A DNA stretch of 64,000 bases from the NCBI GenBank assembly GCA_043228905.1, contig JBHGNT010000007.1, positions 13,330,001 through 13,394,000 of the forward strand, given 5' to 3'. The notes beneath the pieces were generated by a model. That model worked only from the letters and a program-made list of their open reading frames with translations. It was not told the origin of the DNA and made no database searches. Source of the stretch: Azolla caroliniana (Eukaryota; Plantae; Polypodiophyta). Numbering within the stretch: position 1 is the first letter of the stretch; every line of letters starts with the position of its first letter. Below, one piece after another: positions 50,186 to 61,944 of the stretch. A program made the position numbers and the translations under genes.

Positions 50186-51829
50186 ATGGCTTCGACAAGT
50201 GGAACTCAAGGAGAGGAATTAACGAAAGGCATGGTGCCCGTTGTGGAATACATGTTGAAGGCGAGAGACCGGGAGGCTTTAATCGACAAAGCTGTTGATC
50301 GAATAGTGGAGATATTTGGACGATTTGGTGGCAAGAATATCACGCATTTCCTTGCTACCTATCGGAACGAGATGCAACAGAGGGATGTCCATGATTTGAA
50401 ACAAATTTCTAGTTTCAAGCGTGTGGTGGAACCAGGAATCCGCGAGCGTGTCATAGAGATCCAAAATGAACACGCAACTTGGGCGGAGTTCGAGAAGGCG
50501 CTTTTTGCTGAATACATGCTTGAAGACGCATCACGGATGACTCAACATACACTAATGGCTTGGATTGAGAAGAAAGGAAAGAATCTATGTGCATCAGGAG
50601 TATATGTGGAATTCGACCAAAAGTACAACCGACTTCCCAGTGTTGATCAACGAGTTCTTGATGGAGATAAAGTCTTGTTATTCTTGAAGGCGGTGGATAC
50701 AAAAGACCGGCGAGAATTGGGCGGTTTTTTGAAGGACGAAACGCAACCAAATGGCTTGGTAGCGGACTGGACGGCGGTGAAGAAGGCTTGTAGCCGTCTT
50801 GATAAGCGTCGACAATGGAAAGAGGAAACTGATATGGAGAATCTACAAACATGGAGGAAAGCACCTGCAACAGTCGAGCCTAACAAGCCGATCAACAATT
50901 TCAACAAGAAAGCGATGGAGGACTCTATAATCGAAGAGCTCTCCAAGAAATTTGAAGCGGTATTGCTGGCCAACTTAGGTCGACGCGGGCCCAAGGGAAA
51001 AGAAGCGTATAGATGTGTGTGGTGCGACAACTTCGAGCACTCACGAAGGGAATGCACTGACTTGCAAGATGCGATTCGCAAGAATGTCGTCTATTTGGAT
51101 GGCAACATGATCCACTTGAGCGAGACCCGGAAGCCACTACAAGTGAACTTCGGAAGAGGTGAGCTGAAAAAGATTGTAGAAGAGGAAGATGCAAGGCATG
51201 TGGAAGCTATGCACTATGCCACATCAGCCAGGATACGAGTTGGAAAAGAGAATCTAAAGATGATCAATCCAGAACCTGGGTTTTGGCCAACAGTCTTCGA
51301 GTGCAAGAAAAAAGGCAAAATTGATTCAGAAGATCTAAAACATGCTGATCAGAATGTGCGACAAGTTACCGGATGGTCAGATCTAGTCAACGAAAACACA
51401 AGCATTGCGGAGGTAGTGTGCGACAACTATGAAGCTCTTGTCGAAGAGAAGAGGAAAAGAACTGGTGAAGAAGATGGCATGTCAAAGCGTCCCAAAACGA
51501 GGAACAAAGGGAAAGAAGGGCAAGTCCCACCTACGCCACGAAAAGAGGTTGGAGAAACAAGCATGAAGCCCGGTGGATCGAGCCGACCTGCTTGGATGGA
51601 AGTCGAAGAATCAACGAAGAAAGGAAAAGAACGAGTGGCACCGACTTACAAGTTAAGATCGGACATAGAACAAACGACTGACTTACGAAAGGTCCTTGAG
51701 GAGAAGGTTTTAGACAGTCATGTCGACCTTACTTTGAGAGAACTGCTTGGGATCGTGAAGAAGGAGTTCCATGATACTATCGTGGACCTTATTAAAAGGA
51801 AGCGGCAACAATCTGATGAAGAGGAGTGA
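50186..51829 (+). CDS. gag: Gag of element G (long ORF, likely start MASTSG); continues into protease after a frameshift lesion
   Basis: 578-codon ORF 50093-51829; knuckle CVWCDNFEHSRREC; PR LIDHGSEINLM follows at 51826-52122. Confidence 0.85.
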   Translation: MASTSGTQGEELTKGMVPVVEYMLKARDREALIDKAVDRIVEIFGRFGGKNITHFLATYRNEMQQRDVHDLKQISSFKRVVEPGIRERVIEIQNEHATWAEFEKALFAEYMLEDASRMTQHTLMAWIEKKGKNLCASGVYVEFDQKYNRLPSVDQRVLDGDKVLLFLKAVDTKDRRELGGFLKDETQPNGLVADWTAVKKACSRLDKRRQWKEETDMENLQTWRKAPATVEPNKPINNFNKKAMEDSIIEELSKKFEAVLLANLGRRGPKGKEAYRCVWCDNFEHSRRECTDLQDAIRKNVVYLDGNMIHLSETRKPLQVNFGRGELKKIVEEEDARHVEAMHYATSARIRVGKENLKMINPEPGFWPTVFECKKKGKIDSEDLKHADQNVRQVTGWSDLVNENTSIAEVVCDNYEALVEEKRKRTGEEDGMSKRPKTRNKGKEGQVPPTPRKEVGETSMKPGGSSRPAWMEVEESTKKGKERVAPTYKLRSDIEQTTDLRKVLEEKVLDSHVDLTLRELLGIVKKEFHDTIVDLIKRKRQQSDEEE

Positions 51830-52349
51830 AAACAAGTGCCATAACCATGGAGAGATTGGAAGAGGAGGAAGAAGAAGAAGTGGTGGCGGATAGCCATTAC
51901 TCTCGACCTCATTGGGCAAGAGCGACAACGGAGACACCGGTGAAGATCAGGGAGAAGAAAGAAACCATGGTAGCCTTGATTGACCATGGCTCGGAGATCA
52001 ACCTCATGTCAACCGAGTTCTACAAGAAAGGAAGATGGCCGATTAATACAAACCACGGATGGAAGATTCGAGCGGCGACGAAGGCTACAGAGGACTTGTA
52101 CGGAGCTTGCCCCAATGTTTAAAGTCACGATCGGGGATGTGGAGATTGATCAACACTTCTTCGTGCAAGACTCGGCTTCGCATCCTGTTATCCTAGGACA
52201 ACCGTATATAACATCGTCACGGATGGAGACCAAGGTGTTCGATAATGGAGCAGCCTTGTCAAGAGTCTTGATAGTAAAAGATTTGTTCAATTCCTGATGG
52301 TGGGAACTAATCATGAAAGGAACCAAGATAGCCTTAGAGGCAAATCCTC

Positions 52350-52412
52350 AGATTTTTATAGCAGACTATTGAAGCATGGGGACCAAATAGTCTAAGCAAT
52401 CTCAAGTCCCCA
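52350..52412 (+). promoter_or_regulatory. Candidate -1 frameshift signal (slippery AGATTTTTA plus H-type pseudoknot) between PR and RT
   Basis: S1 AGACTATT(52363-70)/AATAGTCT(52386-93); S2 TGGGGAC(52377-83)/GTCCCCA(52406-12); downstream frame is -1; homolog at 39302-39364 (-). Confidence 0.75.
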
Positions 52413-52568
52413 CAAAGAAGTAGAGAGCGTAGATTGCAAGGAGAAGCAACATGCGTCACACCTAGTGGGGCATGTAAACTAACATTACTCAACAAGAAGG
52501 ACAAGCATTGAATACAAGACTTCGAGAAGGTCCTGAAAGAAGAAAGCATAATTGAAGAAGAAGAATTC

Positions 52569-55500
52569 GTGTCTCATATTCTGGAGGAAGCCTCATTTAA
52601 CGACACCATTGGCGAAATCGAGGAAGTCGTGGACTTGAGCTATCCTCACCATCGACATGTGATTTTAGTTAACTCTGTCAACCTGTACACTATCATCGAT
52701 GAATATCATCGAGACATCTTGATGGAGGAAGTTGAAGTCAACACAAAATATAAAACCGTGGATAGGAAGATCAAGCCAGTTGTAGTTCTGTTACTGGAAG
52801 ATCAAGCCAATTGTAGTTGCAAAAGATCCAAGCTTAAGGAATCCAAATACAATTGATCACGTCTTCATTGATGAGACGAAAGGGTAGCTACGAGTTGGAA
52901 GGAAAGATTTCCTCCTCCCTGAAGAGGAGCGGATGTTCCGTGGAATGCTTGATAGACATGGGAAGGCTTTTGCGTTTTTCCCACAAGAAATCGGGTGTGC
53001 TAATCCAAGGACGGTAGAGCCAATGGAATTAGAAACCGATACCGGTTCCGAGAGCACACTTACAGAAGTTGATCGAGCTCTTAAAGGAGAAGGTGAATAT
53101 AGGAATTCTAGAACCGTCGAACGCTCCTTATTGTAATAGGTGGTTCATGGTGCCGAAGAAGAATGGATCGTTGCGATTCATTCAAGATCTTTAACCCGTC
53201 AACAAGGTGAAAATTCGGAATGCTGGAATTGGTCCAACTGTGGATGAATTTGCCAAGGCGTTTGCGGGCCGGTCCATCTACTCCATCAACGATCTCTACT
53301 CTGGCTACAATCAATTCCAGTTGGTGGTCGACATTGGTGACATTACAACCATGAGAACTCCAATCGGGTTGGTGCGGATGTGTACCTTACATCAAGGCGC
53401 AATGAACTCAGTGGCTCATATGGTGAATGCCATGAACAAGGTCTTGAAGGATTGCATCTTGGATATCACGATGCCATTCTTGGATGATATCCCGATAAAA
53501 GGATGTTCAGATGAAGAGAAGGATGAATCAAAAGATAAGGATGGATGCAGAAAGTTCGTCGTGGATCATATGAGAGATTGCAAGAAGGTGTTTCAAAGGC
53601 TTGAAGATGTGAATTTGACATTTTCGATAGAAAAATCTGCATTCAAGCAACCAGATATCTTGGTGGTAGGTCACTTGTGTGGAGCATATGGTCGGAAGCC
53701 TTCCCCATCCAAGGTGAATGCAATCCAAGACATGAAAGAAGAATGCATAACCCAAACGGAGGTTCGAAGGTTCCTTGGAGCATGCACGTTTTATCATATT
53801 TGGATTCCACACTACGCCCACATTACTGAGCCATTATATGGTCTCCTAAAGAAGAAGCGGACGTTCGAATGGATGAGCGAGCATACAATCGCCATCCGAA
53901 GGCTAAAGAAATTGTTGATGGAGGCACTTGCATTACGGAAGGCGGACTATTCAGACGGCAAGCCCATTTTCGTGATTGTGGATACTAGTCCAATCGGAAT
54001 CGGATGGGTTATCAACCACGAAGACGAAGATCACAACCGATATGCAATTTGGTTTGGCGTGAAAGTGTTAAGTGACAGGCAAAGAAGGTATGCCCAAGTG
54101 AAGAGGGAGCTATGGGGAATCATCTCGGCAATCAAATCTGATCGCGATTACCTTATTAGAGCAGAAGTCATAATTGAGACAGATTGCCTACCAATTTTGG
54201 GTATGATATCTTATTGTAATATACCAGATATTGCCATGTTGCGTTGGATTGCATATATCAAATCACTCAACCCGGAGATCCGTCATGTAGCTGGGAAGCG
54301 TAATGTCGTTGCAGACATGCTATCACGAGCAAGATAGGATGGAGAAGAAGATCGACATTCTGATGAGGAGGATTGGCTTGGATTTCTTTACAAGTTCCTA
54401 CTCTCGGGTGCTGACTACTTTCATAGAAGAGGATTACGAAGGCGAATTTGTGGAGATCGGGAAATACTTGAGTTCTCTCCAAAAAGATGAATCATGGCCG
54501 ACGGAAGACTACCATCGAATTCGGAAGAAGGCATACAAGTATTTCCTTAAGGATGGAGCTCTTTGGAGGCATGAAAAAAAGAAGAATGGGACTCCATTGA
54601 GAGTTGTCTGCAAGTTAGAAGACTGACAAAAACTAATGTCCAAATTTCATGATAGTGTTTTTGCAGGCCATTGAGGAATATGGGCTACATTTGCGAAGCT
54701 TAAGGAGAAATATTGGTGGCCAGGCATTTACAAAGATGTAGCAGTTTATGTGGAAACATGTAAGCAATGTTAGATATTTTCGAATATTCGCCATCGAGAT
54801 GAACTTCATCTGACTTACCCCGTTGACTATACATTACAAGTGGATGGTGGACATCGTGATGATGCCAATGGGGCGATGGCAAATGAAGTATCTTGTGCTT
54901 GCGAGAGAGGATCTTACCAATCAAGTTGAAGGGCGAGCATTGAGAACTAAGGAGACATCATCGGTATGCAGATTCCTTCTTGAAGATGTTATTTGCATAT
55001 ATGGATGCATCGGCAAGATAGTGGCTGATAGAGGCGAGCTAGACGCCAATGAAGCTAGAGAATTCTTCTCTAGGATGGGAATCAAATTATCTCTTACCAC
55101 GGCGTATAATCCGGAAGCAAATGGGAAAGTGGAACGTGGCCATGGATCGATTGTGAAGGCTCTAGTAAAAGCTTGCCATGGGAAAATAGGAGAATGGCCA
55201 CAACTATTGCCATTTGCACTATGGGCTGATAGGACTACTCACAACACGATGACGGGATACATGCCGGCAGAACTCATATTCGGACAAAAGCCGATAATGC
55301 CGGTAGAACAAAGTATTGTTTCATGGTTTGCATTGCCATGGCAAGATGAGGTAAGTAGAGAAGATCTTCTAGCATTGAGGATTCGACAGTTGGAGTGGAA
55401 GTTGGAAGATATAGATATGGCTAAAGAGCGGCTCAAGAATGCAAGGTTGAAGAACAAGAAAGACTTCGACAAACAACATCAACTTCGTCCGAGGAAAATC

Positions 55501-55640
55501 GTTGAAGGAGATTGGGTGTTGTTCTATGACATATCTTTTAGCAAAAAGTGGAAGATAATGCAACATATCGTTTAATAGAACTAGATGGTACACCACTTGC
55601 CTTGCCAATTGCCAGGAAAAGAATTAAGATCTTCAAGAGA
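52569..55640 (+). pseudogene. pol: pol (RT-RNase H-integrase) of G, disrupted
   Basis: MPFLDDIPIKG, IVDTSPIGIGW, WMVDIV, IVADRGE, YNPEANGKVERGH; several stops and deletions. Confidence 0.92.
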
Positions 55641-55780
55641 AGAGATAAAATAGAAATTGGATTCAAAGCTTTTGACGATTCTGTCTTCGAGCATCGACGA
55701 AAAAGTATAGTAATCAAATTTGGTGGAGCCTCACCAAAATTGGCACGTACCGGTGGATGTGCAGGTTTGGTGGGGGCGAA

Positions 55781-57040
55781 TGTCGTGTGAATCTTCACAC
55801 ACTATGTAAAAAATAATGAAATCATTATTTTAGATTAGATTAGTAGCTTGTTATAGAAATATGGATGTACTCAAGAGTTTCAAAATGCCTTTTACTACAT
55901 ACAAAATAGATAACTACATATCAAGTTAGGTGGACATGAAGCTTGAGAAGATAGGGAAAATAGAATTTTAAAGTATCCCACATAGATAGGAAACTTAAGG
56001 CCCTAGCTATATAAGCACATTCAGATCCCTCATTTTTCATTTGTGCTAAGAGCACTTTGGCCACTTTGTCTAGATGGATGAATGTGGCCAAGTTCCCAAA
56101 AAATGACTAGCAATAAAATGGAACCGAAACTGGCCAGTAAGCAAACCAGAACCAGTTGATAAGCAATCTGGAACCGGTCGGAAAGCAAACTAGAACCGGC
56201 CGATAAGCAAACCGGAACCAACCGATAAGTAAACCAGAACTAGTTGGAAAGCAAATAGGAACTGGCCGGTAAGCAAACTGGAACTGGTCGGGAAGCAAAC
56301 AGGAACCAACCAGTAAGCAAATCGGCAATCAGATGGTGTCGGAAACCAGGCTGATTCGACAATCGACGATCGGACGGAACCGGTGATCGGGCAGATCCGG
56401 CGACCAGACGAGGTTGGACGTGGACCAGACGGATTGGATGGGCAACAATCGAGACAAACGGATGATTGGATCATGTGGTTAAATAAAGCAAAGAAAAGAA
56501 AACTAAAGTAAAGGTCATGTGGACGGTCGCATGCAACTAAAAGTAAAAGCAATGCAACTAAAAATGGATGCAACTAAAAGTAGAGACCGTGCAACTAAAA
56601 GTGGACATGCAAAGTAACATTGAAGGCTATGATCAACAGAGAACTCCATATAAAATTCCATTTTTTTTCCTACACTCAGGCTCTCTCCATTTTTATTTAT
56701 TTATTTTCCTTCTTAGCTCCCTTATCTTATCGAAGCGATAACACTCATAAACCCTAATTTTCCATACGGAAGCTAGGGAACTCATAAACCATAATCTCTT
56801 ATCAAAACCAAAAACCCTAATTTTCTATCGAATCCATATCTCAAATTCTTCTAATCTATTACTCTAGCAATCTCCATAAGCTAAACTTTTGTAATCTTTT
56901 TTTCCCTTTGTTAATGAAATTTGTCAATCTTTCTTATTTCCATTAATTGTTTAAGATAAACATATGAATCTGATATCCTCTGGTCGGAGGCCCCGGGGTC
57001 CTGCCTCAAGTTCATGTGTCCTTGTCGTATTTTCGCGACA
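55781..57040 (+). repeat. 3' LTR of G, with a longer ~22-bp array at ~56120-56325
   Basis: Direct repeat of 48915-50132. Confidence 0.95.
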
Positions 57041-60000
57041 CCGGACCGGAAGGGAACGAGGGCAATCACGGCAAGTGAAGAGGAGTTGATGCTCGTCACC
57101 GAGGAGAGTGAGTTGAACCTTGGTGGCGATGAGACAATGTGGGTTGTCGATTCCGGAGCGTCGTTCCACGTGACCTCGGACCGGAAATGCTTCTCATCCT
57201 ACATAGCCGGTGAGCATGGTTGTGTCCGGATGGGGAATGAAGGTACATGCCAAATTGTTGGCATAGGAGACGTGAGGTTGACAACACCAACCGGATGCAA
57301 GCTGCTACTGAAGGATGTCTGACACGTCCGGAGGTTCGACTGAACCTAATATTAGCCGGTCAGTAGAATGATGAAGGCTACACGGGTAGCATTTGGAACG
57401 GTGTTATGAAGTTCAGCAAAGGGAGCCTAATAGTGGCTTGGGCCCGGAAAGTCCACACATTGTACTTGATGAATGTCTGGTTATGCCCGGAAGAAGTGAA
57501 CGTGGCATCCGACATTGTCGGTGAGTTGTGGCACAAGAGACTGTGTCACATGAGCGAGAAGGGGATGAGGAGGCTTGCCGATGACAACCTCATTCTGGTG
57601 AAGGACGTGCATCTTGAGAGGTGCACCGGCTGCCTGGCCGGTAAGCAAAACCGGACCTCCTTTCGCTCAAGGCCACCGATGAGACGTAATGTACCACTGG
57701 AGTTGGTGCATACTGATGTGTGTCAAGTGGACAGGAAGTCACATGCCGGATCGCAATACTTCGTAACGTTCATAGACGACCTCAACCGGAAGCTATGGGC
57801 CACACCGTTGAAGACGAAGGATCAGATGTTATCCTTCTTCAAGGAGCTCCATCCAAGAGTGGAAAGAGAAACCGGCCGGAAGGTGAAGGCGGTTCGAGTA
57901 GATAACAGAGGAGAATATTGGGGGCAGTTCGAGGAGTACTGCCGGTTGAAGGGAATCCGGCTCGAATTTACCGTGCCGAAGGCGCCGGAACTCAATGGGC
58001 TGGCCGAGAGGATGAACCGGACCATAATGGAGAGGGTCTGGAGTATGCTAGCACATGCCAAGTTACCCAAGACGTTTTCGGCTGAGGCGCTGACGACAGC
58101 GACGTACGTGATAAATAGATCACCCTTAGTACCCTTGGACGGAGAGACGCCGCAGAAAGTGTGGACCGGTAAGGAAGTGTCTTACCGGCATCTCAAGGTG
58201 TTTGGGTGTCTTGCTTACGTGCATGTGGCAAAGGACTGGAGAGCAAAGTTGGATCCAAAGTCCCGGCCTTTCATATTCCTCGAATATAGCGATGATGAGT
58301 TCGGCTACCGAGTGTGGGATCCGATCGACAAGAAGGTTTTCCGGAGTCGAGATATTTTCTTCATGGAGGACAAGTTACTGACTGGGAAGAAGATAATGAA
58401 CTCGGAGTCGACCGGTAAGGATCGGTTTGATGAGATTCGGACCTACCCAACTAAGAAAAGGTTGACACTCAAAGAACCAGTCGAAAAGCTTCGAAGAAGC
58501 GAAAGATGACACCTAGAGCCAGAAGTGGTTGACTACCATGCAGGACGAGATGGATTCCCTACATGAGAACCACACGTATGCATTGGTGGAGTTGCCAAAA
58601 GGAAAGCAGGCACTTCGAAACAAGTGGGTGTACAACCTAAAACCAGCAGATGCTGGTAACCCCCTAAGATACAAAGCCAGGATCGTGGTAAAGGGGTTCG
58701 AGCAAAAGAAAGGCGTGGACTTCGACGAGATATTTGCCCCGGTAGTAAAGATGACTTCAATCCGGACGGTGCTGTGCATAGCGGCAAGCATGGACCTTGA
58801 GGTAGAGCAGTTAGACATGAAGACGACGTTCCTCCATGGCAACCTCGAAGAGGAGATTTACATGCAGCAACTGGAGGGATTTGTGAAGAAAGGGAAGGAG
58901 CACCTGGTTTTCCGGTTGAAGAAGAGCCTCTACGGTTTGAAGCAGGCTCCCTGGAAATGGTACCGGAAATTTGACTCCATGACCGATCAACGATACCAGA
59001 AGACGCAGGATGATCACTACGTATTTGTGAAGAAGTTCGAAGGTAGAGACTTCCTGATACTCCTCCTATACGTGTTGATCGTCGGACGAGACCAAGTCAA
59101 GATACAGATGCTGAAGAAGGCTCTGAACCAGACCTACTCAATGAAAGATTTGGGTCCGGCAAGACAGATACTAGGGCTGCATATCATCCGGGATCGGTCA
59201 AAGAAGCAATTGTGGCTGTCATAGGAGAAATACATGGCAAAGGTGCTTCAGCGGTTCAACATGTCAGATGCTAAACTAGTCGGATCGACACTTCCCGGCA
59301 AACTGTAGGTTATCCGGTAAGCAAAGCCCAAAGACGAAGGCAGAGAGAGAAGGCGGATATGATGAAGATACCATATGCCTCTACCGTCGGGAGCTTAATG
59401 TACACAATGGTGTGTAGCCGACCGGATATCGGATACGCAGTCGGAGTGGTGAGACAGTTTATAAGCAATCCCGACAAGGAGCACTGGAATGCGGTAAAAT
59501 GGATACTCCGGTATTTGAAGGGCACTTCGAGTATGTGTCTTTGATTCGGCTTTGGTAAACCCCAACTTGACGGTTTCACCGATTCGGATATGTCAGCTGA
59601 TGCGGATACTAGCCGATCAACATCGGGATATGTTATGACATATGTAGGGGGAGTTGTTTCGTGGCAGTCGAGGCTGCAAAAGACGGTTGCGTTGTCAACC
59701 ACGGAGGCAGAGTACATGGCGGTTGTGGAAGCCGGCAAGGAAATACTATGGATGAAGGACTTCATCAAAGAGCTAGGGATATGATAGGAGGAATACCGGC
59801 TCTATTGCGACAGTCAAAGTGCCATCCACCTTGCGAAGAACGCAACGTATCATTCTAGGATGAAGCACATCCAACGGAGGTACCACTGGATCCGGGAGCG
59901 AGTGGAAGATTGAGAGTTCGTGCTGACGAAGATCCACATGAAGGAGAACGGGTCGGACATGCTGACCAAGGTGTTGACACCCGACAAGCTAGATGCATGC

Positions 60001-60052
60001 AGGAAGAGGATCGGATTGACGAGACATCCCATGCCGGACTGAAGGGGGAGTT

Positions 60053-60584
60053 TGTGAGGATTTCAGTCCCTCCGGATGGGATGATGAAGGCCCAGTGAGA
60101 ACCTCTCACCGGATGAAGGGACATAGATGTAAATATGTTTATGTTAGCCCATTGTGGCTATATCTGTAAATAGCCCGAAAGCCATATTAGTATAAATATG
60201 ACCTAGGGCAAACAAGGGTTAGTAGTTGCAGATCATTGTGTTGTCATTATTTTGTATAGAGATATTGGTGTAATTGCTATACAGAGTGTAGTAAAAGGAG
60301 AGAGAGAGACAGAGTGAGTCTCTGTTGTAACCGCCGCCAGGCAAAGACTGTGAGCACGAAGTCATTGCCTCTGTGCTCCCCTATTGGATTCTCCTTACAT
60401 AGTGATAGTTTGGAGCCTGTGGGCTCCCGTGGTTTTTCCCGTTTAGGGTTTTCCACGTTAACATCCTGTGCATTCTCTTCTATTTGTGTACTTGCTTCCA
60501 TTTCTCCATTTGTACTGTGTTTGATTATCATTAAGTGATCTAAGTCTCGGTTGTGGCCGAAGATTATTCCACATATTCCTGTCA
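60053..60584 (+). repeat. 3' LTR of copia F
   Basis: Follows PPT GAAGGGGGAG; followed by TSD CAAGA. Confidence 0.95.
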
Positions 60585-60589
60585 CAAGA

Positions 60590-61503
60590 TATATCATCAA
60601 TTGGATATCAAATTTTCTTCTTATTAAATTCTTGATTCATACATAGCTCCCTTTGATCTTTTTTCATCCACTCTTTTATAGATGCCCCCATGCATATGAT
60701 GCATGTGAGGGTACAAGAGATGCATACAATACATGGAATGCATGTGATGCATGTTTGCCATTTGGTGCTCATGTGATGGTAAAGTATAATGATAGGAAAA
60801 ACATCTCTAAAGAAATGACTTGTCTTAGTGGTAAGTTTATTGCCTCCTAACTTGGAGGTGCAAGGTTCAAGCCTTGCAAAGTTTTACTAGGTTTTTTAGT
60901 CTAGATGATTTCGGTTGTTTCACATTGAAATCATCGCGACCAACTTATCCGGTCCATCTGGTCCAATCCGGTCTATCTAGTCTGATGCCGGTTCAGTCAC
61001 CGTCCGGTTACGGTTCCAGTTCGGTGCTGTCCGTCCGTTCCAGTTCCGGTTTCGGTTCCAGCTCCGTTGTCGTCCGTCCGATTCTAGTTTTGGTTCCGGT
61101 TCCGTCACCGTCCGGTCCTCCAAAACCATTAATAGTAGTTAAGCCACAATTTAACCCAAGAACATTCTTTGCTCCACAGATAGACAAAAAGTAAAAGTTC
61201 TAGCTCTACTTATATACTGTGGGATCCCGATTTGTCCTATCTATGTGGCATATTTCATAGTTTTGTTTTTCTCTTCTTCTTCTCAAACTTCACATTCACA
61301 TAACTTGACATTTAGTTGTCCGTTTCAAATGTAATAAAGTACATTCGTAAGCTCTTGAAGACCTCCATCTTCCCATACCAAGATATTAAGCTAATATAAA
61401 ATAATATATTCACTATTATTGTTTTATGTCTTGTGTGAAGAACCACACTTGATTTTGTACATTCCATGCAATTTTCAAATCGTTGCCGAAAATCTTCACG
61501 ACA
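60590..61503 (-). repeat. Rest of the 5' LTR of gypsy H (split by copia F)
   Basis: Minus strand starts TGTCGTGAAG at 61503; diverged homology to the G LTR (TCAAGTTA..TGAAG.TTGAGAAG, CCACATAGATAGGA, TATATAAG, GAACCGG repeats). Confidence 0.75.
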
Positions 61504-61940
61504 ATGTGGAACCTCACGTTGAGCTTGAGGGAGAGTGTTGAGAGACAAGCTCAACATTGGGTGCGTAAACGGGTACGTGACCCAGTACGTAGCCTGGGTG
61601 CATTACGCAAAATATGGTTGTAGCAGTGTTTCAACCGAAAGGCTGTTAGAACGTTATTCGTCGGAAGGAATAATTTTGGGAGTTAGTGTAGAAGGCTCAT
61701 TTTTTATTGGTCAAGTACTGTCAATACTTGTGTCATCCCAATAGTCGGGGCTTGTATAAAAGGTGCTCATTGAGCATGAAATATGTAACAAAAGAACATA
61801 CAGAGAATTATTTGAATATAGTTTGATATTTTCTCCTCTCTCTCTCTGTCTCTCCCTTTCTCTTTCTCTGTGATTTTTGTGTTTCACCGAACTGTCGTAC
61901 TTCCGAACCGCGTACTCTTCCACACACGTATTCTTTTACA
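61504..61940 (+). mobile_element. Copia PPT plus 3' LTR (61536-61940), related to the D family
   Basis: GAGGGAGAG|TGTTGAGAGACAAGCTCAACATTGG...TTTTACA. Confidence 0.88.
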
Positions 61941-61944
61941 TGAA

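Larger units (their letters stand above)
48915..57040 (+). mobile_element. Full-length tRNA-Trp-primed gypsy element G
   Basis: LTRs 48915-50132 and 55781-57040 (TGTCG..CGACA); PBS 50137-50154; gag-PR, RT-RH 53207-54337, IN 54823-55575; PPT ~55768-55780; flanks CTGG/CCGG. Confidence 0.96.
47529..60584 (+). mobile_element. Full-length copia element F (different family) with TSD CAAGA, interrupted by gypsy G
   Basis: LTRs 47529-48093 and 60053-60584; CAAGA at 47524-47528 and 60585-60589; PBS TGGTATGAGAGC at 48097-48108; gag 48125-48914; WVVDSGAS near 57140; IN 57406-58509; RT 58529-59224; RH; PPT 60040-60050. Confidence 0.96.

Noticed and set aside
56120-56325. CRISPR-like regularly spaced repeats
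   Set aside because: Units are contiguous with no unique spacers, lie inside LTRs, and there are no cas genes
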